The position numbers and the translations under genes were made by a program. The notes under the pieces are model-generated. The model did not search any database. It was not told where the DNA came from and was given only the letters and a program-made list of their open reading frames with translations. Shown here piece after piece: positions 30,319 through 44,006 of a DNA stretch of 64,000 nt (positions are counted from its first letter, which is position 1; each line of letters starts with the position of its first letter). Origin of the DNA: Octopus vulgaris. Lineage: Eukaryota. The DNA lies in NCBI GenBank assembly GCA_951406725.2, contig OX597818.1:110236001-110300000 (forward strand), in the 5' to 3' direction.

Positions 30319-30792
30319 TCAATGACAATCCGCACCCTTTTTGGTCCAGATCTTCTGCTTCCCTCATTTCTCTGATAAACGATTTCTCACCCTTTGGAGT
30401 CTTTGAATAGCATCACTCACGAAAATCCCCCTGTCAGCATGAGTGTATGTATATCTGTCCTCCTCCTACTGCATTAACAGTATTTTAACTGTTATTTCTA
30501 GCAATGTAGGTGCGTCGGTACCCGGAGTCACACTTAGTGACGATTTAATCTTTCCTTTATGGTATCACATTGCGTCTGGCTGGTCATATTAATTATATAT
30601 ATATATATATGTGTGTGTGTATGATTGTATGTATATATATATATATATATATATATAGAAAATAGTAAAAAGTGAAAAAACTACAGAAGGCTTGTTTTAA
30701 AAGGTTAAAAAATATATATTTGAGTCAATATGTCTGAAGAATATTATATATTCAACCACTTGCTTTCACAAACCAACTTTCTTATCTATCTA

Positions 30793-30828
<36 letters not shown>

Positions 30829-30859
30829 TGTATGTATGTATGTATGTATGTATGTATAC

Positions 30860-30911
<52 letters not shown>

Positions 30912-32118
30912 CTCGTATATTCCTCTATACACATTCATACAAATTCGCAAAAAGTATACATATATATTTACGCATAAACATACATACATTTATACATACA
31001 TGATTATATGTGTGTGTGTGTATTCATATATATATATGCACACACGCACACGCTGTATCACGAGAGTTATTATGTCACTATTATTATAAACACATGCACT
31101 GGTTCAATTTCACTTCTTTATTATTCGTCAATCAGTTAGCTGGTTTTAGTGGTTGAAATGATACCTTTTTGTACTTTGGGTAGCAAATACAACTGTCTGC
31201 AGAGGAGCACAGTCAAAGCTTTGAGCATTTATAACTGAAAACCTTCTACTTTCAAATATCAATGTAACAGCTGGATAATGTGGTTAGACGATCGAATCGA
31301 CATAGCACTGGACTAAACAATTGTTCAAACTTAGAAGAGAATATCCTCGCATTTTACTCATCTCTAGGCGAGACGAAATAAGTCCCAAGCTTGATGTAAT
31401 CTAATAAACTTTCACAATAGTTGTAACTATATTAGAAATCGGTTTCGAAAATAATAAACGAGATCACTTACTGAGCATATTTCCGCCATTTCATTCAAAA
31501 TCAATGAAAAAAGATGACAATATTTACAGACAATAGACTGAGCTCTTGATCCCAAATTAACGTTTACTTTTAACTTATTATTGTATTTCTGAATACGTTT
31601 AACAATATCTTACCTGCAACCTCGAAATGCTTGCGTATTTGGATAAAAAGAGGCAAGCAGCTAAAGGCTCATGTTGCAAGTACAGAGAGATAAAATTATA
31701 TTTCTAAATTGTAGCTCTAAAGGCTGTTCTTTATGGGAAAAATTCAAATTACTAAAAAGACAACCTGTATTTACACATGCATCTGCAGAGAGTTCCCATG
31801 CTTCCCGACGCCCTACTTCAGTTTTCAATATAAGTAACGAAATAATTTCAACTTGTTTACACATGACTAAATACTTCCTTGAAACTTTCAAAATGGACCG
31901 ATTCTACTCTAGACTATAATATATAACAATTGGAAATTTACATTGACTACAATGGTTTTAAAACTTCCCAATCCACTGATGTGTGTACGATCCGCCAGAC
32001 GATATGAGTAGGCCATTTCTCGCATAAGCTAACGTACTCTGTGTACTTGGAATAGTATCCTGGCTTTCTAGTGATTTCTGCCATAAAAAATAAATCAATA
32101 TATATATATATGTATATA

Positions 32119-32177
<59 letters not shown>

Positions 32178-32907
32178 GTATATATATATATGTGTGTGTA
32201 TATATATATGTGTGTGTGTGTGTGTATGTGTGTGTGTGTATAACTCTGTGTTTGAGCGCATGCGTACGAAAAAGTATCTCTGATTCTCTATTTTCTTGCT
32301 GACTACTGATGCGCATCATAATCTAGAAATGATTCAATTCAATACCACAACGTTGCAGATTTAATTATTCGGTTGAAAGGTGAGGCTAACTAAAATATTC
32401 AAAAAGCTCTTATTTCCAATTCCCTGAGGTTGACATAAAAAAAAAAAACAAACGAAACGAAAAGCATAAGTATTCGGTCGTTAGAGAAAAACGAATGATT
32501 TCATTTGCACTTTTTGTTAGGCACATAATTTATGATACAACATGATTTAAACGTCACTAATGTGCATATGTTTGCTTGTGCGTATACGCAACAATGTGTG
32601 CGTGGTTGTGTATTCGTGTGGAAACAGAATTGTAACCGTTTCTCCGTCTTTAAATATTTTCGATTTGTCAACACTCGAATCTATATACACACAAACACAG
32701 ACATAAATACTCACATCTGCACACACATAAAGACACAGAAACAAAACACATTACCTTCTTTTTGCACCTTCACAATTTAATATCTCTATCTGTTTGCGTG
32801 TATGTCTGTGTATATGACTGTGTCTATGCGTATACATATAGAATATGCGTATAATTGTAAATACACATACAATTATCAATATCTGTTTTCTCTCTCTCTC
32901 TCTCTAT

Positions 32908-32942
<35 letters not shown>

Positions 32943-33030
32943 GCATGTATATATACATGTATATATATATATATGAATGTGTATATATATACACGTACAT
33001 CTGCCTATTTTCTATTTATCTATCTATTGC

Positions 33031-33062
<32 letters not shown>

Positions 33063-33072
33063 TTATATATGC

Positions 33073-33123
<51 letters not shown>

Positions 33124-33163
33124 TGTGTATATATATACACATTACGTATATAAATATGCACTG

Positions 33164-33196
<33 letters not shown>

Positions 33197-33205
33197 TAAG
33201 TGCAT

Positions 33206-33505
33206 GTGAAGGCGCGTGGCTAGGTGGCTAGGTGTATCCATGATTGAAAGATCCCCAGTTCGATTTCCGGCCGTGCTATATGTCCTTGAGCAAGACACTT
33301 TATTTCACGTTGCTCCAGTCCACTCAATCGGCAAAAGTGACTGGTACCTGTCATTCAAAGGGGTCGGCCATATCACACTGAATCTCCCTGTGCACTATGT
33401 TACAGGTACGCAGTGCCTGTAGTGTACTCAGACATTTGCACGATAATTCCACTAAGCTAATCGGATCAACTGGAACACTACTCGTCATAACCGACCGAGT
33501 GCCAC
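33206..33505 (+). mobile_element. tRNA/CORE SINE family D (tail shared with family C)
   Basis: GTGAAGGCGCGTGGCT head, CCTTGAGCAAGACACTT CORE-like block, TAACCGACCGAGTGCCAC end. Confidence 0.8.
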
Positions 33506-33718
33506 TAACATATATATATATGTTCTAGTTTGAATTTCCTGTGAAGATGAAGAATTCTATTTACAAAATTCTTTCGTCAGTATTGGCTGGAATCGGTAGC
33601 GGAAACGGCCATAAGAATTGTTATGTCACATAAATATTATGCCATGTTTTATATTAAGTTATAAGCTATAGATGTCTAATTGATTTGTTAGTTGACCTGA
33701 AGTTTTCTCCATTTTCTG

Positions 33719-33755
<37 letters not shown>

Positions 33756-33760
<5 letters not shown>

Positions 33761-33904
33761 GCAATTAAGGACAACTACTTACTAAGGAAAACTTAACAAG
33801 AAATTGTCAGGTAGATAGCGTAAAAACCTGAGGTTTTTACGCTATCTACCTGACAATTTCTTGTTAAGTTTTCCTTAGTAAGTAGTTGTCCTTAATTGCT
33901 AAAT
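33756..33904. repeat. Perfect 149-bp palindrome (74-bp arms, 1-nt spacer at 33830)
   Basis: Arms are exact reverse complements when read base by base. Confidence 0.95.
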
Positions 33905-34059
33905 TTTTATTCCGAAAAAACTTTTCCTCTCCCGAAATGCAATTCGTAAAAGTTTGCCATTTATCCGGATGTAATATATGTAAACTCACCCATGTGCTTC
34001 GTTGATGTTCAGCAGTTAGCTGATCAGCTTAAGCGGGGCAGGGTCGTTGTTTATTTATA

Positions 34060-34120
34060 ATATATTCAGGCCTGCTGCTGAGTACGTAAGTATGAAATCA
34101 CTGTGATACAGGTCTATATT
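34060..34120 (+). ncRNA. Type I hammerhead ribozyme with extended bulged stem I, A6C core
   Basis: AATAT-(ATTC)-AGGCCTG-CTGCTGA-GTAC(GTAA)GTAT-GAAA-TCAC-T-GTGA-TA-CAGGTCT-ATATT; cleavage after 34108. Confidence 0.75.
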
Positions 34121-34281
34121 TTTTTAAATGTCTTACTTTGAAAAATTGCATTCGGTGGGATTAGTAATATTTTTGGTAGAAATGACTAATTGTCCCTCTT
34201 AGCGTTTGGCATGTATGTATAATGCCTTCTGGCATGTATGTATAATGCCCTCTATATATAAATTATATATATATATATATA

Positions 34282-34985
34282 CAGTTGCGGCCAAAATGTT
34301 CAGAACGGCATTGTTTTCGTCAGAAAGGTAGATATAATTTTTATCAAAGTTGTTTTATATTCTATAATTTTCACAGATAATAAATACGATATTATTTGTT
34401 ATTGCCTGAGATTTTGGTGTAATGTGAGAGGATAATACAAAAGTTATGGATGATTTTGGTGTAATTTGAGAGGATAATACAAAAGTTATGGATGATTTAG
34501 TGATTTACTGCAAAACCCATGGCGGCCAAAATGATGAGACGGTTGAAAAAATAACAAAATAATCAAAAATGACAGAGAATACTGGAATTATTTAATATTT
34601 AGTGTGAAGCCCTTTAGCTTCAATCACACTCTGACATCTTCGACTGCATGAGGAAATTAAATTTTCAATTTCTTGCTGGGTGATCTTATTCCATTTTCCT
34701 GAAGGGCATTCCATAATTGCTCGGTTGTTTTAGGATTTCTGGCTTTCGAACGTTCTCCTAGAATATTCCACACATTTTCAATAGGATTGAGATCTGGGCT
34801 TTGAGCTGGCCAATCCATAACAATAACCTTTTCAGCCTTGAGGAAGTTCATGACCACCTTAGCCTTGTGACATGGGGCATTGTCCTGCATGAATATGGGT
34901 GGTCGCTTAGTTGAATTTCTCAGCACAGGCAAGACATGATCTTTTACAAGTTGTTTATAAACTACTGCATTTAACTTTCTATGTA
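34282..34985 (-). mobile_element. Truncated Tc1-family transposon (IR/DR type) with frameshifted transposase C-terminus
   Basis: TA|CAGTTG terminus, GCGGCCAAAATG repeated at about 34522; FMQDNAPCH..WPAQSPDLNPIENVW..GLHTKY* (stop 34592-34594). Confidence 0.9.
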
Positions 34986-35060
34986 ATCACACCAAAGGGC
35001 CCACACCATCTCCAGATGTGTATGTGACTATATATATATTGAGAGAGAGAGACAGTGAGT

Positions 35061-35146
<86 letters not shown>

Positions 35147-35528
35147 CCGACAGACAGACGAATAGAAGGATGGATGGATAAAGAATGAGACATACAGATA
35201 GACAGATAGATTAAACTTATATTTATGTGTATGTTATATATGGTAACACATATTGATTTAGTTTCGCAATGCTCTGCTCTTTATGCGAACAAATACTAAA
35301 CTGATGGTAGTTCATTTGTTATTATAATTAATTTAATAATTAACCAAATAATCGCGTAATTAACTTGTCAACTGTGACTTTCTCAATACAAAGAGCCGTA
35401 GTTGTTTTCTGATTGATTTAGAGAAATCAATAAATCGATTAATTTACTGATTCTCATAGAAAATGAGTTACGAGTAGTGCCAGTAATTTTCTTGGCAGAA
35501 TAAGGCACCGTGCGGTATAGATGTATGA

Positions 35529-35590
<62 letters not shown>

Positions 35591-35782
35591 ACACATACAC
35601 ACACTCAATGTATATATGCAGACACACAAACGCTGTGTGGGAGTTCTAATAGATGGTGAGATTGAAAAAATAGGGTGTTTTCCTACCTTTTTAGCATAAG
35701 AGAAATATTTTTTCAAACGTAACTGTAATGAATCTGATTTTAGCATTTGGAATATGTTAGAAACATATATTAACTAACCAAC

Positions 35783-35786
<4 letters not shown>

Positions 35787-35865
<79 letters not shown>

Positions 35866-35998
35866 GTATATATATAAATATATATGCATGTATATATATA
35901 TGTATATATATAAATATAAATATATAGGTATGTATATATGTATATATAAATATATATATATATTTATATATATATATATATAAATAAATATATATGTG

Positions 35999-36033
<35 letters not shown>

Positions 36034-36167
36034 TATATATATATACGTATGTATACACACAGACACACGACCATATAAATATGAAAAGAGAAAATAGGCA
36101 CAGACATAGGTACATATAAATATAAATGCATATATATACACATATATATATATGTATATATACATAC

Positions 36168-36200
<33 letters not shown>

Positions 36201-36219
36201 CATACATATATATATACAT

Positions 36220-36266
<47 letters not shown>

Positions 36267-36395
36267 CATATATATGTATATATATATATATACATATATA
36301 TGTATATATATATATACATATATATGTATATATATATATACATATATATGTGTATATATATATACATATATATGTATATATATATATATACATAC

Positions 36396-36438
<43 letters not shown>

Positions 36439-36450
36439 CATACATATATA
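35787..36450. repeat. Long degenerate (TA)n/(TATACA) array
   Basis: Direct reading. Confidence 0.95.
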
Positions 36451-37490
36451 GGGAAAATGGAAGTTGAAATTGCCATGAGAATACTTAAAATACGTTTATT
36501 AATATATTTAAAGCTTTAATCTATTTCAGAGTTAACACTGATTTTCAAAAAGTTCAAATAGAAAGACGTGGCTCATGTCGCCGCTGTTTTGCTTCTGACG
36601 AGTACTTGAAGCTTGTCCTGTTTTTATTGGGAGGTCATAGCTCAAATGAGTATATGCTCTGAATGGAATTTGATTGGTAGAGGATAGTCAGTTGTCGTAG
36701 AAATATTTGTAGGTTCCCAGCTACGTCCATGCGTTAGTATCAAGTGACAATGTTTGGGGTTATATGGTAAGACTGACACGGTTGACTGAAAAGGTCTAGT
36801 GAAAGTACTAAACATTCAATGCTCTGGATGTTTTCTGTCAAGTGTTTGTAGAGAATGAACATGGGATTAAGTTTAGAACATTTTTATGTTTCCAGCTATG
36901 TCCGTGCGTTAGCGTCATGTGACAGTATATTTTGCCCCTAAGATGAAGGCCGACACGGTTGAGTGAGTGGCAGAATGAGTTTTGTGCGTGAATGAGTTTT
37001 GTGTGTGTTAAAGTTTGTTTGTAATTTTGTATGAAAGTGCTTTCTTTGTTTATCTGTGCTTCTTCTGTGATATTCACTGAACATAGGTAGAATGGGCACA
37101 CCTGGAATTCGGGGGAATTATTTTTTGCACATACGTCTATGTGTTCACTCAGTGGAATCTGTCTTGCACTGGTGTCTCGTATTTGTTGTCGGTGAATGGT
37201 CAGTCTGTTTCTCGGAGTAAGATTTGCTTGACCTATGTAATCTTCATTACATCTTTCACATTTGATAACATATATTAACTTCTTTGAAGACATGTAGAAT
37301 AAATTTTTTACAGTAAAAATCTATCCTGATTTGTATTTGTATATTGTCTTCAAAAAGATTGATGCAAATGTCTTCAATGAGGTTGGTACAAGTCCCGCAA
37401 TTGGGGTGGCCACACTTGCATCAGTGTAAGAATTCTCTTTTTCGCTGATCTTTAGCTTTAAGTTAACATCCGCTTAGCAGCTGATTTCCA
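36451..37490 (-). mobile_element. Penelope-like element 3' portion (GIY-YIG endonuclease with Cys-rich linker, Neptune-like), decayed
   Basis: CKCGHPNCGTC at about 37385-37420; LIYVIKCERCNEDYIGQ..RLTIHRQQI (36838-37293 ORF); possible decayed hammerhead at 36514-36552 near the (TA)n end. Confidence 0.8.
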
Positions 37491-37494
37491 TAAT

Positions 37495-37955
37495 TCTCCT
37501 CTCTATCCCAAATCATCGTATCAAGTCTATTGTGCTTACATTTTACTGAGGTTTCCACTGGGTTTTTCCACCAGAACTTCTTGTTATTATGAGTGGTTAT
37601 GGCTTCTGCCATACTGTGGGTATTATTTCTTTGTCTCCGACATTATAGAGTGTCCTAGATACAACATCATATTTCATCGGTAGATAATATTGTGATGACA
37701 TTTTCAGACAACTCCTTATGGTGCCGGTGATATCTTCAGTGTTAACTCCACAAAGTCACATTTTACTGCTCTTCCTGCATCTCTGTTCCTTTTGTGCATC
37801 AGGTTCTTGGTTGATATTTCCAGTTTCTGGATTGCAAACGCATACCCTTCAAAGTGGGAGGAAGTAATCCGCTTGTTGGTTCATGCTAGACTACTTTGAT
37901 GATCAATGTTACTATCATCTCGTAGCTTTCTACTAACATATCGATGCACAGTCTA
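37495..37955 (-). pseudogene. R4/Dong-clade (RLE) LINE C-terminal fragment
   Basis: IDHQSSLA*..HFEGYAFAIQ..LCGVNTEDIT..SC..YYLPMKYDVV..FWW..KHNRLDTMIWDRE: decayed CCHC knuckle and HNRPD-type RLE motif. Confidence 0.75.
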
Positions 37956-38283
37956 CGTATCTATGTATCTTTATATGTACATGTGTGTATGTATGTATGT
38001 TTCTATGTATGCATACATATCTTATTGTCCTAGGAGTATCATTATGCAAAAGATGATAGACACGTAATTATTATTATTTGTGCAATGACACCACCTCCCA
38101 CACACACACACCAAAGACAACGAAATCCATTTCTACACATGAATTCACATCAGGAATTTTACGAACCAAAGACAAAAACGAAATATGTGTATATAAATAT
38201 ATATATATGGTTTGTCCGATGTTACAGATATCGGACGGGTATGTTTGATTCTTAGTATTTTCAAATCTAAATCAGAAGAAATC

Positions 38284-38345
38284 TCTGAGCTGATGAAGGA
38301 AAAGTGGCGTTTTACCCACAAATCCAGAAACAGACTGTCCTCGGG
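38284..38345 (+). ncRNA. Type I hammerhead ribozyme (copy 1)
   Basis: TCTGAG-CTGATGA-A-GGA..GTGG..CCAC..TCC-A-GAAA-CAG-A-CTG-TC-CTCGGG; GUC cleavage after 38339. Confidence 0.8.
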
Positions 38346-38844
38346 TATCGTATATGGATGTGATCTTTCATTGTTTTTCCCTTATACCTATGTGAGTTAT
38401 TTTTCTGAGTATGCATTGTCTGGAGACTTTTATTTGCAGTTGAAGAAACAGCCAAATTTTTGGCTGCTATTTCTGAAAAGTTCGGTGTGTGGTAAAGTGA
38501 ATTCTTTTACTTTACCATATTTTTATAAATTAATACTTCAAATATACCGTAAATGGTCTTTACATACCGAATACTGCTTGGTCGAATTTATTAACAATTA
38601 ATTAATTCGACCCCTTTTTTGATAACAATATAATGCTTTCTCTCCAAGAATTTGAACTGCAGTTTTTACCTCTGTAGAAATGTAATGCTCTATGACTCAC
38701 GTGGGTGGACAGGGAGAATAATAGATCTCATTCGTATTTTTGGATTCGCTAGTACTGGGTGTCTGGCATGGTTTGTCCGATGTTACAGATATCGGACGGG
38801 TATGTTTGATTCTTAGTATTTTCAAATCTAAATCAGAAGAAATC

Positions 38845-38906
38845 TCTGAGCTGATGAAGGAAAAGTGGCGTTTTACCCACAAATCCAGAAACAGACTGTC
38901 CTCGGG
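38845..38906 (+). ncRNA. Type I hammerhead ribozyme (copy 2)
   Basis: Identical to copy 1; cleavage after 38900. Confidence 0.8.
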
Positions 38907-39085
38907 TATCGTATATGGATGTGATCTTTCATTGTTTTTCCCTTATACCTATGTGAGTTATTTTTCTGAGTATGCATTGTCTGGAGACTTTTATTTGCAG
39001 TTGAAGAAACAGCCAAATTTTTGGCTGCTATTTCTGAAAAGTTCGGTGTGTGGTAAAGTGAATTCTTTTACTTTACCATATTTTT

Positions 39086-39189
<104 letters not shown>

Positions 39190-39192
39190 CAC

Positions 39193-39224
<32 letters not shown>

Positions 39225-39665
39225 AGGTATGATTGTATGAACGTTTTAGTAAACGTGTATATAAATGAATATATGTACGTGTGTATGTGTGTGTCTGTGT
39301 GCGCGTTTGTGTTTATATTTGCATGTGTGTATGTGTATATATGAATATGTCAATCTACGTGTGTCTCTACGTAAGTATGCTTGTATGTATATATGTACGT
39401 ATATAAATAAGTATATTTGTATATGTTTATAAGGCGGTGCGTATTGTTGTTCTGGGACTTCTACTCTGTTGTTACTACTTGCAGTTCCTTTACGATTTCC
39501 GGATCGTTGGCAACGGAGAATCTGCTTGGATTGGCATTCCAAACAACAGACACTTTAGATAATTCCCTACTGTTTTTCTTATACTCCTGTCATATACACG
39601 AACATATACGTATGCATATATATACATATATAGCAATATATTTGTATGTATATACATGTGTGTGC

Positions 39666-39701
<36 letters not shown>

Positions 39702-39718
39702 TTATATATATATATATT

Positions 39719-39771
<53 letters not shown>

Positions 39772-39847
39772 GGGTGTATGCATATATAGTTCCATATGGA
39801 AATATATGTACGTTTCTATGCATATACACGTGCATGCGTTCATGTTT

Positions 39848-40368
39848 GTATGTATGTATGTATGCACTCATACATACATGTGTGTATATATGCATGTATG
39901 TATGCATGTATATATGAATATATGTCTGTATGTATGTATGTATGTATGTATTTATGTATGTATGTTTGCATGCATGCATGCATGTATGTATGTACGTATG
40001 TATGGACGCATGTATGGACGCATGTATGGATGCATGTATGTATGTATGTACGTATGTATGCATGGATGCATGTATGTATATATGTATGTATGTATGTATG
40101 CATGTATGTATGTACATATGTATGGATGCATGTATGTATGTATGTATGCATGCATGCATGTATGTATGTACGTATGTATGCATGGATGGATGCATTTATG
40201 TATGTATGTATGTATGTATGCATGTATGCATGTATGTATGTATGTATGTATGTATGTATGTATGTATGTATGTATGCATGCATGTATGTATGTATGTATG
40301 TATGTATGTATGTATGTATGTATGCATGTATGTACGTATGTATGCTTGGATGTATGTATGTATGTATG
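39848..40368. repeat. Degenerate (TATG)n/(CATG)n array
   Basis: Direct reading. Confidence 0.95.
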
Positions 40369-41026
40369 CGTACACGTAGTTGCAATATCCTATTGGCTCT
40401 GTTAAACGCTGTTCGTATGTTGCATTGAAATCCATCATCGATGTAATAATTGATGGCTGAGCTTAAACAAGAACGTATGCAAGCATGTATTCATGTACGT
40501 GTGCGTGTGCGTGTGTTGCACATGCGCATGTGTGCAAGTGGATGTGAGCGAGTGTGTGTGTGTGTGTGTATGTGTGTGTGTGTGCGTGCGTCTGTGTCTG
40601 TGTTCTGTCATTTTGTGTGAAGATATTTGTTTAGGCTTTTGTATGTGTAAATACACACACACAGACACAGAGAGAGAGACACAATGGTATGCAGTAATAC
40701 AAGAGAGAATAAATGGTATAGAAATTTAATTGGTATCGATCCTATTATAAATAAGCTCAATAAAGCGCTGAGCATTCTTGTCAATGTTGCCAGAAGCCAG
40801 AGGTTTTGCGTTATAGAACGGCGCTAAAAGAACTCTGTTCTGCGAGAAACAACTGATTTACTGCATCTCTTTGTTCAAGACAAAGATTTCTTTCTCTTCT
40901 CACACAACAACAGCGAAATTACTCGAAATCAAAAAATGGGATTTTCCTATCTCATATAGCTCTCTTTATATTCTTTTCTTGTTTCCAGTCGACTCCTATT
41001 TCTTCTTCTTCATCATCATCATCATC

Positions 41027-41092
<66 letters not shown>

Positions 41093-41394
41093 TATCCTTC
41101 TTTTCTTTCTTTTCCTTCTTCCCATTCTTCTTCCCTTTCTTCTTCTTCATCATCTTCTTCTCCTTCTTCTTCCCCTTCTGTTTTTTCTCTCTCTTCCTTT
41201 CTTTCTTTCTTTCTTTCTTTCTCTCTCCCTCCAACTCTCTCCAGCTTCTTTCTTTTGTATCTCTTTTTCCATCCACTTGCCACGTTGTCTTTTCTTCATT
41301 TCATTACTATTTTATTATTATTATTATCATCATCATTATGATTATTGTTGTTGTTGTTGTTGTTGTTGTTACCAAATATACGGCGTACGGTGGG

Positions 41395-41580
41395 CAAAAT
41401 GCTGACCTTTATTTCGTCCGTCTTTACGTTCTGACTTCAAATTTCGCCCAGGTCAATTTTACTTTTCATTTTTTTTATGATCGATAAAATAAGTACCAGT
41501 TGAATATTGAGGGTTAGGTCTATGTAATTGACTTTCCTCACACCCGAAATTGCTTGCCTTGTACCCAAATTTGAAACCAT
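41395..41580 (+). mobile_element. SINE family B, decayed
   Basis: ATTTCGTCCGTCTTTACGTTCTGA.TTCAAATT..GATAAAATAAGTACCAGTT. Confidence 0.7.
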
Positions 41581-41728
41581 TATTACCGAGGCGTATTAAA
41601 GGTTTTGATGTCAGTACCGTGTCTTACGTTTTGTGCTAGCAGTGCGAGATGATCACGTGATTAAGAGATTTACAAAAGGATTTCGAGCTTGCACTGAAAG
41701 CGAGATCTTTTAGAATAAGAATATGTCT

Positions 41729-41865
41729 ACAGAATTTACATTTCTTTATTTAAGAGATGAGCAATTATGTACATTATTTACATTTGACGGATATTTGTCA
41801 AATGTACATGTACTCTCATTCCTAAGGTATTTTCCATGTTGTTGTTGTTATTATTATTATTATTA

Positions 41866-41914
<49 letters not shown>

Positions 41915-42070
41915 CACAATTATTATTATTTATTCAACTGTTAGAAAGCCCACGGACATATGGCATAGTGGTTAAAGGAGCGAGATACTTACCCCAAGAT
42001 TTCGAATTCGATTCCAGGCTGTGACCTGAATAATAATAATAATAATATTAATATTAATAATAATAATAAT

Positions 42071-42146
<76 letters not shown>

Positions 42147-42340
42147 GCAACAACAATACCGAAAAATAGCTTAGAAATGAGAATCAACTATCGAAATTTC
42201 CCCAAGACACCTGTTGAAGGCTGGAGCGTATATCAGCCGAAACGTTGTGTTAACAAGAACCAAGATGAGGACAAATATGCGTCAAATGTAAATAATGTAA
42301 ATAATGTACATAATTCCTCATCTCTTAAATATAGAAATGT
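41729..42340 (+). mobile_element. tRNA-headed hammerhead element with inverted 5' arm and 11-bp TSD
   Basis: TSD AGAATATGTCT (41718-41728 and 42341-42351); A box TGGCATAGTGG at 41961-41971; B-box-like AATTCGATTCC at 42005-42015; HHR 42207-42250; 41729-41936 is an inverted copy of the 3' part. Confidence 0.8.
42207..42250 (+). ncRNA. Minimal type I hammerhead, A6U core
   Basis: ACAC-CTGTTGA-A-GGCTG..CAGCC-GAAA-CG-TT-GTGT. Confidence 0.65.
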
Positions 42341-42546
42341 AGAATATGTCTGAGTAAGCAAAGTAATCAAAGACAGCAAAATAGATAATGGCCGTATATG
42401 GTGCACCCTCCTCAGCACCACATCCAACTCATTAACTATCGACAAACACTTAGTAATATAATATGGTTGCATAAAGAAATACGGTGTCAATACCAGCAAT
42501 TAATATGAATGCAGCAGTTGCCAGGAATGTGTTTTATATGCAAACT

Positions 42547-42577
<31 letters not shown>

Positions 42578-42725
42578 GGCGCAGGAGTGGCTGTGTGGTA
42601 AGTAGCTTGCTTACCAAACACATGGTGCCACGTCCAGTCCCAGTGCGTGGCACCTTGGGCAAGTGTCTTCTACTACACTCGGGCCGACAAAAGCCTTGTG
42701 AGTGGAAACTGAAAGAAGCCCATCG

Positions 42726-42780
<55 letters not shown>

Positions 42781-43010
42781 ATGTATGTGTGTGTATGTTT
42801 GTGTGTGTGTTTGTTCCTCCAGCATCGCTTGACAACCGATGGTGTGTTTTCGTCCCCGTAACTTAGTGGTTCGTCAAAAGAGACCGATAAAATAAGTACT
42901 AGGCTTAGAGAGAATAACTCCTGCGGTCGATTTGTTCGACTAAAGGCGATGCTCCAGCATAGCCACAGTCAAATGAATGAAACAAATAAAAGAATAAAAT
43001 AATAAAAGAA
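42578..43010 (+). mobile_element. SINE family A (near full length)
   Basis: Collinear with 109-516. Confidence 0.9.
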
Positions 43011-43508
43011 CGTCCATTTTCGTGTTACAGCGCTAAATTCTCTGGTTACTTAAGCAATGGATTTGTGGATAATCCACGGATTAGACTTGGTGTTAAAGAA
43101 GGAACTATAAATACACATATACACCTATTACCTATTCTTCTGTCTTTGATCGTATTGTTTAGATCGTAAGTGAAACGTCGAAACTTTCAGCGCTGGTTCG
43201 AAATTCGATAGACATTCTACAGACATAACTTCAGCTAATACAGAAACAAGAGATCGTATTCACTTATAAACACGTAGTATATGGTCGGTAGTATATTATG
43301 GTGGCAAAACTGCCAGCAATTTACACATAGATACGCCGAGGGATGAGTGTGTCTTTGTGTGAGGGAGCGTGTCTCTATGAAATAATATTGTCGATCATTT
43401 CATCGAAATTTTCTATGCATCCAATTAACCATCTTGCCCTTATTGTTCGATTGTTGATCTTTAAACCACTCATGTTCAGGGATCTTTAATTTCTACGTGT
43501 GCCTGTGT

Positions 43509-43584
<76 letters not shown>

Positions 43585-43927
43585 GCGTTTAAGCTAAGTA
43601 ATAGAATAATAGAATATTCGATAAGCGAATCGTAGCAATAAAATATCGATAAAGGAGGCGAAGTGTTCGTGACTGGAACCCAATTCGATTTGTAAAATTT
43701 CGATATACAAAATAAACAGCATACTCCCTTTTGACCATCACTGTTGCAACAACGTTATAATCCATCATAGAAATTGGTTTTAAAACTGTCATCATCAAAA
43801 GGAAGAGGTTTACTACCATTTCAAATACTTCTAAAATACAGAGTTTTTGCCTCTCATCCAAAAGGAAGTTACATTAATAAAAAGATCTGAGGATCGGTTT
43901 TTAAGGTTCGTATGTGTATTTATTCAC

Positions 43928-44006
<79 letters not shown>

